Shown: positions 53,602 through 63,116 of the stretch, piece by piece | Position numbering within the stretch: the stretch's first letter is position 1 | Layout: every line of letters starts with the position of its first letter | Source of the DNA: an uncultured Limosilactobacillus sp. | GTDB taxonomy: Bacteria; Bacillota; Bacilli; Lactobacillales; Lactobacillaceae | Direction of reading: 5' to 3' | Assembly: GCF_934202705.1 (NCBI RefSeq) | Contig: NZ_CAKPYE010000008.1 | Span: forward strand, 12,528-76,527 | Length of the DNA stretch: 64,000 bases | Translations under genes and position numbers: made by a program | Notes under the pieces: model-generated | The model's database searches: none | What the model was told of the DNA's origin: nothing | The model's input: the letters and a program-made list of their open reading frames with translations, nothing else

Positions 53602-55317
53602 TTAATGTTTATTTTTCCACCGTTGGTGAAGGGTGGAGATGACCAGAAATAGTGCCACGATAATTGCAATTAGCCAACCGGTAACCCCCAAGCGGTAGAT
53701 AAATCGGTCACGACTGCCGACCACCAGAATCGACGACGACAAAATCAGTGACGCTAACATAATGACAACCAATAAGCGATTTAATAATTTGTTGAATTGG
53801 TTTAAGACTTTTTTTTGGCCAACATAATGGAGATTGATGCGAGCCTCGCCACTAGTGACTTGATCGAGTGTTCTGGTTAATTTTTGGGGTAATTGGGCAG
53901 TGGCTTTGATCCCATTGTAAGCCGTCCCAGCATGTTCAATGAAAGAGTTTTTTATATCAAAGTGTTCTTTAAAGTAGTGCCAAGCAAACGGTTTGGCAAC
54001 TTCCATCATCGACAAGGATGGATCTAATCTGGCGATGGTCCCTTCTAAAGTACCAAAGGCTTTAAATAGCAACGTTACTTCTGGACGTAATTGTAAATGG
54101 TTATCATGACACAATTGTGTAATCGAATAGATAAAATTAGGGATATCAAGCGTCGCCAATTGTGCGTTTAAATAGGGCTGCAGGAAACGACTAAATTCAC
54201 GAATGAATTTTTGTTCATCAACTTCACCAGTCCGGTTGCAGACGTTTAAAACGGCTTGACTGATTTGATAATTATCCTTAGTTGGTAAGGCCAGAACAAT
54301 TTTAGCAATGCCATCGGCCATTGCTTTGGAGAGGGTACCCATCATCCCAAAATCGAGATAAACCAGTCGGTAAGGCGGCAAGACATGGTGGGTACTAAAG
54401 TGAACCTCAGTCTTACCAAAAGTTTTATCATATTCATGATCGGGGATTGTTTGATCGTCGGGCACTTGATAGAAGAGGATATTTCCAGGATGCGGATCAG
54501 CATGGAAAAAACGATCTTCAAATACTTGTTTAATAAAATTCTTCACTAAAATTTGCGCAACGTTTTTTTGCAGCTCTTTTAATTGTTGAGCTTGCTCATG
54601 ATCATCCGGAACGGGCTTGCTCATGAGGTATTTGATACTTTTACCTGGCATCGCTTCGTTCACCAAAATCTTTGGATGACATTCTTTAATAAAAACTCGG
54701 GGAACTTCGATAATGCCGTCGCCATGATTCAGCTGGTAAAATTTTTCGCCATTTTCAGCTTCGTGCATGGTATTGACTTCGCTCAAAATTGAGGCGGCGA
54801 GTTGGTCCATGACGGCATTAAAATCAACGACGCTGAAATCACCAGGAACATACTTTATGAGTCGAACAGCTTTTTTAAACAATGCTAAGTCCACCTTAAT
54901 GAGCCGGCTTACAGCTGGGTGTTGAATTTTTACGACAACTTTAGTGCCGTTAGGTAAGGTTGCGTAATGACATTGACCAACTGATGCAGAAGCAAATGGG
55001 TGTTTCGCAAAAGTTTTGAAAGTTTGATCAATTGTTTTGCCGGTCTCATCTAGAAATACTTTGGCAACGGTTTGATAATCATCAGCAGGAACCTTATCCT
55101 GCAATGTCCGCAACGCCTTAATGTACTCTGGTGAAACCAGGTCAGGGCGTGTGGATAGCATTTGCCCCAATTTAATGAAAGTCGGTCCTAGTTCATGAAA
55201 GGTTGCCAAAACCTCATCTGGATTAGTCTGATGATAGAAATTGCTAATGAAAGAGTGACGTCGTAAAACGCTCATGATTTCCTTGATTCGTTCAGCTTGG
55301 GAAATTGGCTTGGTCAT
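53602..55317 (-). CDS. ABC1/UbiB-family atypical protein kinase
   Basis: 571 aa. ASASVGQCHYA, FFHADPHPGNILF, and two C-terminal TM helices. Confidence 0.85.
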   Translation of the reverse strand: MTKPISQAERIKEIMSVLRRHSFISNFYHQTNPDEVLATFHELGPTFIKLGQMLSTRPDLVSPEYIKALRTLQDKVPADDYQTVAKVFLDETGKTIDQTFKTFAKHPFASASVGQCHYATLPNGTKVVVKIQHPAVSRLIKVDLALFKKAVRLIKYVPGDFSVVDFNAVMDQLAASILSEVNTMHEAENGEKFYQLNHGDGIIEVPRVFIKECHPKILVNEAMPGKSIKYLMSKPVPDDHEQAQQLKELQKNVAQILVKNFIKQVFEDRFFHADPHPGNILFYQVPDDQTIPDHEYDKTFGKTEVHFSTHHVLPPYRLVYLDFGMMGTLSKAMADGIAKIVLALPTKDNYQISQAVLNVCNRTGEVDEQKFIREFSRFLQPYLNAQLATLDIPNFIYSITQLCHDNHLQLRPEVTLLFKAFGTLEGTIARLDPSLSMMEVAKPFAWHYFKEHFDIKNSFIEHAGTAYNGIKATAQLPQKLTRTLDQVTSGEARINLHYVGQKKVLNQFNKLLNRLLVVIMLASLILSSSILVVGSRDRFIYRLGVTGWLIAIIVALFLVISTLHQRWKNKH

Positions 55318-55383
55318 TAGTTCATACTCCTTAAAAAAGCCGTACTACCGATAATGGTAGGACGGCTTGATTCATTAGTGATT

Positions 55384-55911
55384 TTATTCAAGATTTAGTT
55401 CGTAGGCGACCCGCAAGTCATCATCAGATGGGCCAGTGTAAACTTTCCCACGTTGAACAAAGCCAAAGTCTAATACTAAATTATGAACTCGCTTATTCTT
55501 TTCGTGAGTTGAGATCCGTAAATCACGAACACCGTTGGCATATGCAAGTGAAATCAAAGTTGACATAATGTAACGGGCAAAGTGCTTACCACGGTAACCA
55601 CTAGAAATAGCAATCCGATTAATAGTACCAAATGGGTGACCAGCATGATTCCACTTACCATCAACAATGTAAGCATAGTGAGTATCACCTTGGAGCATTA
55701 ATGTACCAGTACCAACAATTGTGTGACCGTACATCAAGAGGTAGCAAGAATTAGCTTCAATATCCTGCTGCATACTAAGCTTTGAAGGGTAGCCCTTTTG
55801 CCATTGGTCACTGCCGTCTTCCTTTAATAATTGGCGGGCATTTTCAATAATTGCATAGACTGCATCCAAGTCATCTAAAGTGGCTTTTCGCATGTAAATA
55901 GGTTCTCCCAT
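55384..55911 (-). CDS. GNAT-family N-acetyltransferase
   Basis: Track ORF trimmed to ATG 55911 (SD aggagg, 9-nt spacer). IAISSGYRGKHFARYIM acetyl-CoA-binding pattern. Confidence 0.8.
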   Translation of the reverse strand: MGEPIYMRKATLDDLDAVYAIIENARQLLKEDGSDQWQKGYPSKLSMQQDIEANSCYLLMYGHTIVGTGTLMLQGDTHYAYIVDGKWNHAGHPFGTINRIAISSGYRGKHFARYIMSTLISLAYANGVRDLRISTHEKNKRVHNLVLDFGFVQRGKVYTGPSDDDLRVAYELNLE

Positions 55912-55995
55912 AATTTGATTCCTCCTGTTCAATAAAAGCACTCAACTAAATTATAACGGGATTGTTGTTTAATTAACACCGTTAAATGTAATAAA

Positions 55996-56397
55996 TTATT
56001 TATTTTTGTAAAAGCATATTTCAATGAGGTTTTGATCAGGATCGCGCAAGTAAAGCGAAGTCATGTCACCTTCAGCACCTTGGTTAGGTTGCGGTTTGCG
56101 AATAACGTCCACATAATACGATCTTAAGTGATGAAGAACATCCTCAGGATCATCCCCAGAAACCAAACAGAGATCCGCTGAACCTGGGGTGGGATGACTA
56201 GCCTGCAATTGGTTTTGTGGCCGTTTAGTATCCTGAAGACGGATTAATTGGTGACCACAACGTAAAGTCACAATATGTTCATTTTGTTTGGCTTGATTGT
56301 TTACGATTGGCATATCGAAGACTTCATGGTAGAAGCGACGTGACGCTTCTAAGTCATTAACCGTTAATACAATATGATCAATCCTGCGCATTTTCAT
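55996..56397 (-). CDS. VOC (glyoxalase/bleomycin-resistance/dioxygenase) family protein
   Basis: 133 aa. RIDHIVLTVNDLEASRRFY N-terminal VOC motif. Confidence 0.8.
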   Translation of the reverse strand: MKMRRIDHIVLTVNDLEASRRFYHEVFDMPIVNNQAKQNEHIVTLRCGHQLIRLQDTKRPQNQLQASHPTPGSADLCLVSGDDPEDVLHHLRSYYVDVIRKPQPNQGAEGDMTSLYLRDPDQNLIEICFYKNK

Positions 56398-56693
56398 AAT
56401 TCATTTACCTCACTTTTTGCAAATCAACTTTAATTTTAAAGTAAACGTCCTCAATTGTGAAGTTAGAAGTAGTCAAGATCAATCCTGGAAAGCGGAACCT
56501 GTAAAAGACATATGATAACTTACATAAATTAAATAAGTAATCGCTTTCAGAATTAAAATTTAAGAAAATAAGACATTATTGACGCTTTGATATGTTTTTT
56601 TACGAATATCTGACGACACTTCCTTCAATCAGTCGTATAATATGATTGAAGCATTTATAGACATTTTATTTTTATACAGAGGAGCGAAAAATA

Positions 56694-58208
56694 ATGTCAA
56701 ATAAAAAACAAATTGGCCTGGCCAGTTTGGTCCTGATGGTCTTTACGACCGTGTTCGGGTTCGCCAACTCACCAGTTGCCTTTTACCAAATGGGTTATGC
56801 TTCCATTTTTTGGTATGTTGTTGCAGCGATCTTCTTCTTCCTGCCAGCAGCTTTAATGATTGCCGAATATGGTTCAGCAATGCCCAATGCCGAAGGGGGA
56901 ATTTTCTCCTGGCTGGAATTTTCAGTTAGTGAACGGTTCGCGTTCGTTGGGACCTTTATTTGGTTAGCTAACTGGCTGATCTGGATGGTATCAACTTCAT
57001 CAAAGATTTGGATTCCAATGTCTTCGTTGATCTTTGGATCCGACAAGACCACTACTTGGGCATTCTTCGGCTTGACAGCAACCCAATTTGTTGGGATCTT
57101 AGCCATTCTTTGGATGGTTGTATGTACTTTTACCGCATCACACGGTGTTGATAAAATTCAAAAAATCGGTTCCCTGGGTGGGACGATGGTTTCTATCATG
57201 TCTGCATTATTCGTTGTGATTGCGATTGTGATTTGGATCGCCCAAAAAGGAATGGTTCTGGAACCAATCCATGGAATTAAGAGCTTCTTCATTTCACCAA
57301 ACCCGAACTTCCAATCCCCAATTGCACTTCTTTCATTTGTTGTTTATGCAATCTTTGCTTATGGTGGGATTGAATCAATGGGTACTTTGACGGACTCAAT
57401 GAAGGATCCTGCCAAGACATTCCCTAAAGGGATGGTTATTTCCATGATTGTCATCACGGTTCTGTACTCATTCATGATCTTCTTCTGGGGTGTCTGCACC
57501 AACTGGCAACAAGTGCTTAGTGGTAAGGATGTTACCTTAGGGAACATTACATATGTCATGATGAACAATGCCGGGGTTGTTATGGGAGATGCTTTAGGGC
57601 TTTCACATGGCACTGCATTAGTTATTGGTAACCTGCTAACCCGGTTTGCTGGTTTAGGAATGTTCTGTGCTTATGTTGGTTCCTTCTTCGTTATGGTTTA
57701 CTCACCGCTGAAGGCCTTAGTTCTTGGTTCAGATAAGCGGTTATGGCCAGAACGGATGACGAAATTAAACAAGCATGGGATGCCATCATTTGCAATGTGG
57801 ATCCAATTCTGGGTAATTGCAATTTTGATTTTTGCGATTTCATTTGGTGGTTCTGGTGCACAAAAGTTCTACCAAATCTTGACGAACATGGCTAACGTTG
57901 CATCATCTGCACCATACCTGTTCATCGTCGGTGCCTTTCCATTCTTCAAGAAGCGTAATGGAATTGATCGTCCATTTGTTTTCTTCAAGAGTCAAGCATC
58001 AGCTAACGCAATTTCCATCTTTGTGTTCTGTGTTGTTGCCTTTGGGATTATCTTTACCTGCTTGAACCCAATCTTGACGGGTGATTACCAAACAGCATTC
58101 TGGACGATCTTCGGTCCGGTCTTCTTTGGATTGGTTGCATTGTTCTTCTACAATCACCAAGCTAAGAAGCACCATGTTGCTAACACAAATACAATTAACA
58201 AAGACTAG
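56694..58208 (+). CDS. APC-superfamily amino acid permease (YjeM / glutamate-GABA antiporter-like)
   Basis: 504 aa, about 12-13 TM. SD agaggag. Confidence 0.8.
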   Translation: MSNKKQIGLASLVLMVFTTVFGFANSPVAFYQMGYASIFWYVVAAIFFFLPAALMIAEYGSAMPNAEGGIFSWLEFSVSERFAFVGTFIWLANWLIWMVSTSSKIWIPMSSLIFGSDKTTTWAFFGLTATQFVGILAILWMVVCTFTASHGVDKIQKIGSLGGTMVSIMSALFVVIAIVIWIAQKGMVLEPIHGIKSFFISPNPNFQSPIALLSFVVYAIFAYGGIESMGTLTDSMKDPAKTFPKGMVISMIVITVLYSFMIFFWGVCTNWQQVLSGKDVTLGNITYVMMNNAGVVMGDALGLSHGTALVIGNLLTRFAGLGMFCAYVGSFFVMVYSPLKALVLGSDKRLWPERMTKLNKHGMPSFAMWIQFWVIAILIFAISFGGSGAQKFYQILTNMANVASSAPYLFIVGAFPFFKKRNGIDRPFVFFKSQASANAISIFVFCVVAFGIIFTCLNPILTGDYQTAFWTIFGPVFFGLVALFFYNHQAKKHHVANTNTINKD

Positions 58209-58227
58209 TATTATAAAATTGCTTCAC

Positions 58228-58260
58228 AAAAAGCCTGGCCACTATTGGTCAGGCTTTTTC
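58228..58260. terminator. bidirectional Rho-independent terminator
   Basis: aaaaagcctggcca...tggtcaggcttttt, between convergent genes. Confidence 0.8.
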
Positions 58261-58262
58261 GT

Positions 58263-58715
58263 TTAAGCATTTTCTGAAAGATTTCGAATACTTCTGATAT
58301 TGGCAAGGGGAATGGCATAATGTTTAGCAGGATCGTGCCGATCATTAAAATTAGCTTTTCCTGCAGTCCAATCTACTTTCATAAAGGTTGTTTGGATCGT
58401 TTCATAGTATCCTGAATCGGCATTAAAATAATTGACTTCAACTGGTGATTGCCCAGATAGTTGCCGAAGTTCTTCATGCAATCTTTGTGTCTGCTGCTTG
58501 GTCTGGTATTGCTTGTGCTGATAGTTTTGTGCAGTTTGATCAATGAGCTGATGGTAGCCGGTTAAAGCAGAGAAGGGAGCAAACTGGCCAGCTCGATCGT
58601 GACGACTCATGGGAAGGTGAGCTTTCGATTGGTGTCGAGGCAAGTCAATAATGTCTTGGTAGCGCGAAGTATCTGCAAAAAGGTGGTTTTCAATGATTTC
58701 TTTTTCGTGGTCCAT
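58263..58715 (-). CDS. YolD-like protein
   Basis: 150 aa. RHDRAGQFAPFSALTGY core. Start overlaps the stop of the upstream Y-family polymerase. Confidence 0.7.
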   Translation of the reverse strand: MDHEKEIIENHLFADTSRYQDIIDLPRHQSKAHLPMSRHDRAGQFAPFSALTGYHQLIDQTAQNYQHKQYQTKQQTQRLHEELRQLSGQSPVEVNYFNADSGYYETIQTTFMKVDWTAGKANFNDRHDPAKHYAIPLANIRSIRNLSENA

Positions 58716-60235
58716 TAGATATGATGACCTCCAATTTGGTTATTTCGTTCTCGAACAGTGGAACCCGGCAGCAAGTCGGAGCCATGGATAATGATATTCT
58801 TATTGCCGGTATCTCGTTGGAGTTTAACGATTAGCTTTTGTAACTGATGGTTTTGCTGACGTTTTTCCTTAGCGACCTGGTCTTCTTGAACGGCTTGCTC
58901 TACATTTGAAAAAAGGTCCGTCTGCTCGTAACGAGCTTCTTGTTCAGCGACGCTGACGGGGGTCAGATGATGGGCAATTAACGTTAGTTTACGCACTAAT
59001 AAGTGCTGGTTAACGGTCTGCTTAAATAATTCTTCATAAATTTTACGTAACTCAGGTGCCGAGTCAGTTAACGCGCGCAGCTTATACTTCGCATGATCTG
59101 GCTTGGGAGTTTGTCGACCATAAAAATCTTCGCTGATTGCGCCGCTATAATTTTCAGCATAGGTAAGGCTTTGGACGTCATATTGAATTACAATTTCGAT
59201 ACTGTCAGTCATCATCCCTCGTTTAACAAGTGTTAATGCGAGATCATCAGCCATCCCATTCACAACTATGCAGGTTTCTTTCGGTTTATAGGGATGCATT
59301 AATACTTGACCGGAGTAAATTCCATGTTCATCAGAGGTATATGATTTGATGTCAGCAATCGTTGCCGATTCATAACCCCAAGCGTGATCAATCAAGAGTT
59401 CAGCATTCTTGCCAAATTCTCGATACAAGACTTCTTCATTCAACGGATCGGATAGCTTGCCAAGAGAGCAGCGTGCAATATCGCCCATTGTGTGTAAGCC
59501 CAATTTTTCTAAACGTTTAGCGTAACCCTTACCAAGACGCCAGAAATCAGTTAGCGGGGTATGTGCCCAGAGATAGTGACGATATTGGGCTTCATTCATC
59601 TGGGCAATCCGCACACCATCTTGATCACCAGGGATTCTTTTAGCAACGATATCCATCGCTACTTTTGCTAAGTACAGGTTAGTGCCAATCCCGGCAGTTG
59701 CGGTGATATGCGTTTCTGCTTGAATTTGTTGAATAATGTTTTTGGCTAAATCATGTGCTGAGATTTGGTGTTCATGGAGATAATCTGTCACATCCATGAA
59801 CACCTCATCAATTGAGTAGACATGAATGTTGTTTGGTTTAATATAACGTAAATAAATTTCAAAAATTTTTGCAGAAATTTGCATATAGTATTCCATTCGT
59901 GGCTTGGCAATTTTAAATGTAACCCGTAAGTTTGGCGATTTTAACAACTTACCGCGATAGATTGACGAATGGGTCGATAGATGATGATATGTAGCATGCT
60001 GAGCGCGTTCACGATTAATCTCATGAATCCGTTGGCGGACTTCAAAAAGACGTGGTCGTCCTGGAACACCAAATTTTTTTAGAGCAGGGGACACCGCCAG
60101 ACAGATTGTTTTGTCTGATCGCGAGGCATCAGCAACTACTAAATTAGCATTGAGCGGATCCAAATGCCGCGCTGCACATTCTGCAGATGCATAAAATGAT
60201 TTTAAATCAATTGCTAAAAAAATCCGTGCCCTCAT
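58715..60235 (-). CDS. Y-family DNA polymerase (UvrX/ImpB/MucB-like)
   Basis: Track ORF trimmed to ATG 60235 (SD aaagga). FLAIDLKSFYASAE and YSIDEVFMDV catalytic motifs. Confidence 0.85.
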   Translation of the reverse strand: MRARIFLAIDLKSFYASAECAARHLDPLNANLVVADASRSDKTICLAVSPALKKFGVPGRPRLFEVRQRIHEINRERAQHATYHHLSTHSSIYRGKLLKSPNLRVTFKIAKPRMEYYMQISAKIFEIYLRYIKPNNIHVYSIDEVFMDVTDYLHEHQISAHDLAKNIIQQIQAETHITATAGIGTNLYLAKVAMDIVAKRIPGDQDGVRIAQMNEAQYRHYLWAHTPLTDFWRLGKGYAKRLEKLGLHTMGDIARCSLGKLSDPLNEEVLYREFGKNAELLIDHAWGYESATIADIKSYTSDEHGIYSGQVLMHPYKPKETCIVVNGMADDLALTLVKRGMMTDSIEIVIQYDVQSLTYAENYSGAISEDFYGRQTPKPDHAKYKLRALTDSAPELRKIYEELFKQTVNQHLLVRKLTLIAHHLTPVSVAEQEARYEQTDLFSNVEQAVQEDQVAKEKRQQNHQLQKLIVKLQRDTGNKNIIIHGSDLLPGSTVRERNNQIGGHHI

Positions 60236-60288
60236 CAAAACATCCTTTCCGGAAATTGGTATTAACATTATAACGAAAATCGTTTTAA

Positions 60289-60304
60289 AGAACAAATGTT
60301 TGCG
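60289..60304. promoter_or_regulatory. Cheo/LexA-type SOS box (16-mer identical to 50041-50056) overlapping the -35 of the polymerase promoter
   Basis: agaacaaatgtttgcg. On the minus strand, ttgttc (60295-60290), 17 nt, tataat (60272-60267). Confidence 0.6.
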
Positions 60305-60381
60305 ACAAACTTTTAGTTGAAATTTGACTTAAAAAGGTTCAAAATTAACTAACGAATAGTAAGGATAAGGAGTGATCGAAG

Positions 60382-60936
60382 ATGAAAACGACAATTTTAT
60401 TATTTCATCCGCACATGGATCAATCACGGGTGAACAAGGCTTTGGCGAAAGCGGCGGTCGCGGCCGGCTTTGAAGTCCGTGATATGTATGATCTCTATCC
60501 AGACTTTAGGATTGACGTTGCTAAGGAACGGCAAATTTTAGAAAAAACTGATCGTATTGTTTTCCAATTCCCTGTTTATTGGTACTCAAGCCCAGCATTA
60601 GTTAAACAATATGAAGATGCTGTCTTTACAGGCAACTGGGCCTACAATGGTGGCCAGGCTTTGCTTAACCATGAATGGCTGTTGGCGGTTTCTCCCGGTG
60701 CTGATCAGGATGCTTACACTAAGGATGGCCGTGTTCACTTTACAATGCCTGATTTACTACATCCATATCAGGCAACTAGTATCCTCATTAAGACGAAGTT
60801 TATGACGCCGTTTATTAGTTATAACGCTTCGAATATGTCTGATGAAGAACTCAATCTGCGGGCCCAACAGTATGTCCAGTATCTCCAGCAGCCCGATTTA
60901 AAAGTTGCTGACCGCTATGGGTTGAGTGAAGCATAA
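60382..60936 (+). CDS. flavodoxin-like-fold NAD(P)H oxidoreductase (YwrO/KefG/general stress protein 14-like)
   Basis: 184 aa. LLFHPHMDQSRVNKAL ... IVFQFPVYWYSSPALVKQY pattern. Confidence 0.8.
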   Translation: MKTTILLFHPHMDQSRVNKALAKAAVAAGFEVRDMYDLYPDFRIDVAKERQILEKTDRIVFQFPVYWYSSPALVKQYEDAVFTGNWAYNGGQALLNHEWLLAVSPGADQDAYTKDGRVHFTMPDLLHPYQATSILIKTKFMTPFISYNASNMSDEELNLRAQQYVQYLQQPDLKVADRYGLSEA

Positions 60937-60989
60937 TATTCAGTGATTACAAGAAAAGTGAGGTTGAGTAAAAATACTCAATCTCACTT

Positions 60990-61700
60990 TTAGTTTGTCG
61001 CAATTTTTTCTTTACGAGTGTGTAAATATTCAATTAATTTATAAATGGCAATGGCACCAATAATGATGACAAGGGCGATAATGATCCGCTTCAGATCACC
61101 TTTGATAATCGCATCCCCACCAAATGCATATAAGTAAGAGGTTGGTAGCATTCCAATAATTACCATGGCCAGGAATCGTTTGCGTGAAACGCCCATTTGA
61201 ACCACCGCATAATTAACCAGTGCACTAGGAATGATAGGAATCATGTAACCAATTGTTAAAGTTATTAATGGATGTTTGGTATTGGTTAGATGTTTTAGGG
61301 ATTTGCTATGCTTAAACCGTTCAGAAAAATGAATGTGGGTAATTAATCCTGCCACAAGACAGTTCCCGGTAATATTGCCAATCCAATTGATTAAAAGTCC
61401 TGCAATCGGTCCATAGCAGACTCCGGCAAAAATACAAACGACGGAATTTGACATTCCTGGAATAGCGTTCATCATTGCAATAATGACAATCAACATGCCC
61501 ATATCGCGGTATGAATGGGCGCGAATTAGATGTAATAATTGACCTTGATAACGATGATTATAATGTAATATTAAATTTAATTCTGGCTTAAAGTCATGAT
61601 AAATACCAATTAACGCGACAACTATAATAATGACTGCCAAGCTGATCAATAAGGTTTTACTAACGTAATGCGGGCGTGGTCGGTCTTGATTTTCTTTCAT
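60990..61700 (-). CDS. TVP38/TMEM64 (DedA-related) family membrane protein
   Basis: 236 aa, about 5-6 TM. 4-nt overlap with the upstream DUF2075 gene. Confidence 0.7.
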   Translation of the reverse strand: MKENQDRPRPHYVSKTLLISLAVIIIVVALIGIYHDFKPELNLILHYNHRYQGQLLHLIRAHSYRDMGMLIVIIAMMNAIPGMSNSVVCIFAGVCYGPIAGLLINWIGNITGNCLVAGLITHIHFSERFKHSKSLKHLTNTKHPLITLTIGYMIPIIPSALVNYAVVQMGVSRKRFLAMVIIGMLPTSYLYAFGGDAIIKGDLKRIIIALVIIIGAIAIYKLIEYLHTRKEKIATN

Positions 61701-62947
61701 TTTTCCCCGTTCCTTCGATTTTCTCTTATCATCTGATGATACAACCCAACCAAGGTTTCTCGCAAGCGAGGATCATGAGCGTAAAGATAAGTCCCTTTGA
61801 CGCCGCGCTTTAAAATCACGTTTAGGGCATTTAAGAGCATTCTTTCTTCAAGCGTTTTGATTTCTACTGGGTCTGATAAGTCAGCACGCTTTTTAAAAGC
61901 TTCAACATCCGTAAACTTGTCTAAGTAGATCGCTAATTCAGAACTAGACGGCTCTTGACCAAAAATGGGGCCAATAATAATTCCAGCGTAATTAAGATCA
62001 AAGCCCTGACAGGTATAAATTGACCCAACCTCATTAATGGTTGCAGGAATTTCCGCCCATGGGGTAGCCGTGAAGTTATACTGGTCCCATGGCATTTTAA
62101 AGTTGCCTTCTCGGATATAATGTTTACCGCCATCCAGAGTAGAAGGATATCCAGACGTTGAAAGAATTCGTGAAAGGCCAACTTCTTGGTTGCGCTTGAT
62201 AATTGCTTGCCGCATTTCTTCGGCATCGTCATATATCCGAAAATCATAATGATTACGACTATCAAGCGGTAATGGACGAATCTGGCCATCAGTTAAGTCG
62301 TTCATCCATTGAATTAGATTATCGCTTGCGGTCATCCGAAATTGGTGTTGTAAATGATATTCCGCATGCGGATACGGCTTGACCAATTTTTGCAAACGTT
62401 CTGGCGTCCAAAGACTCTTCATTCTTAATACCTGATAACGGTCAAAAACGATGACCACGATCTTGGCTCGCTTGATGATTTCAGCTAGTTGATTATGATA
62501 GTAAAAATTATTGTAGTGATCTGGTTTGGAAAGGAGCAAGTGCGCTTCATCAATCACAGCAACATCAATGGTCGCATTCAACTTATCTAATTGATTGATT
62601 AGCGAGGTCGGACGCATAAAATCTTTCTTAAGTAAATGGGGCTGGTGGCCCGCAATTTCACGATAGACCTTTAAAATTTCCGGATGATTAACTAGAAACT
62701 TATTTTTGGTATGATATAGCGGACTGCTTTTGTCGGTACGGGCAGCCGTTTGGAGAATGTTAAATAGGTGAGAAAGCACGACGCTTTTACCTGTTCCGGC
62801 ATCACCATAGATTGTAAAAATGGCAGGAACGTCCTGAGATTGAAGATGCTCCGTTGTGAAATTAACAATTTGGTTAACTAACGCTTGTTGCTCATCAGTT
62901 AATGTTTTTAATGGAGAGAGTTTCTCCGTTGCTTCATTTTTTAACAT
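61697..62947 (-). CDS. DUF2075-type P-loop NTPase (helicase-like)
   Basis: 416 aa. Walker A YGDAGTGKSV, Walker B VAVIDEAHLL. QFRM and SIYTCQGFDLNYAGIIIG are typical of DUF2075. Confidence 0.75.
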   Translation of the reverse strand: MLKNEATEKLSPLKTLTDEQQALVNQIVNFTTEHLQSQDVPAIFTIYGDAGTGKSVVLSHLFNILQTAARTDKSSPLYHTKNKFLVNHPEILKVYREIAGHQPHLLKKDFMRPTSLINQLDKLNATIDVAVIDEAHLLLSKPDHYNNFYYHNQLAEIIKRAKIVVIVFDRYQVLRMKSLWTPERLQKLVKPYPHAEYHLQHQFRMTASDNLIQWMNDLTDGQIRPLPLDSRNHYDFRIYDDAEEMRQAIIKRNQEVGLSRILSTSGYPSTLDGGKHYIREGNFKMPWDQYNFTATPWAEIPATINEVGSIYTCQGFDLNYAGIIIGPIFGQEPSSSELAIYLDKFTDVEAFKKRADLSDPVEIKTLEERMLLNALNVILKRGVKGTYLYAHDPRLRETLVGLYHQMIRENRRNGEK

Positions 62948-63116
62948 AATTACACTTTTCTCCCTTAATAGGTTAATGCTAACGAGATTTGTTTCTCACG
63001 TCAATCTTAGGATGATGTTCACAGTAATCTTTAAGGTGAGCGGTTTCGTATCCTAAAAACATGGTGTAAAATAGATAAGAATAGTTAGAGAAGGATTAAG
63101 TTAAGGAGTGGGGTAC

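Noticed and set aside
60271-60287. Second LexA half-site-like palindrome aacgaaaatcgtt in the promoter of polymerase 2
   Set aside because: The palindrome is real, but the spacing and bases do not fit GAAC-N4-GTTC (it is one nt short and lacks the C of GAAC). It is not counted as an SOS box.
58715-60295. Long N-terminal extensions of several track ORFs (also 1105..1899, 21325..21771, 21797.., 24960.., 29076.., 47780..48526, 48521.., 55384..55941)
   Set aside because: In each case an internal ATG with a good SD coincides with the start of family-typical sequence. The upstream extension is unconserved-looking, so coordinates were trimmed in the feature list.
62948-63116. TPP riboswitch upstream of dxs
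   Set aside because: No CTGAGA/ACCTGA-type THI-box elements are visible in the 170-bp intergenic region.
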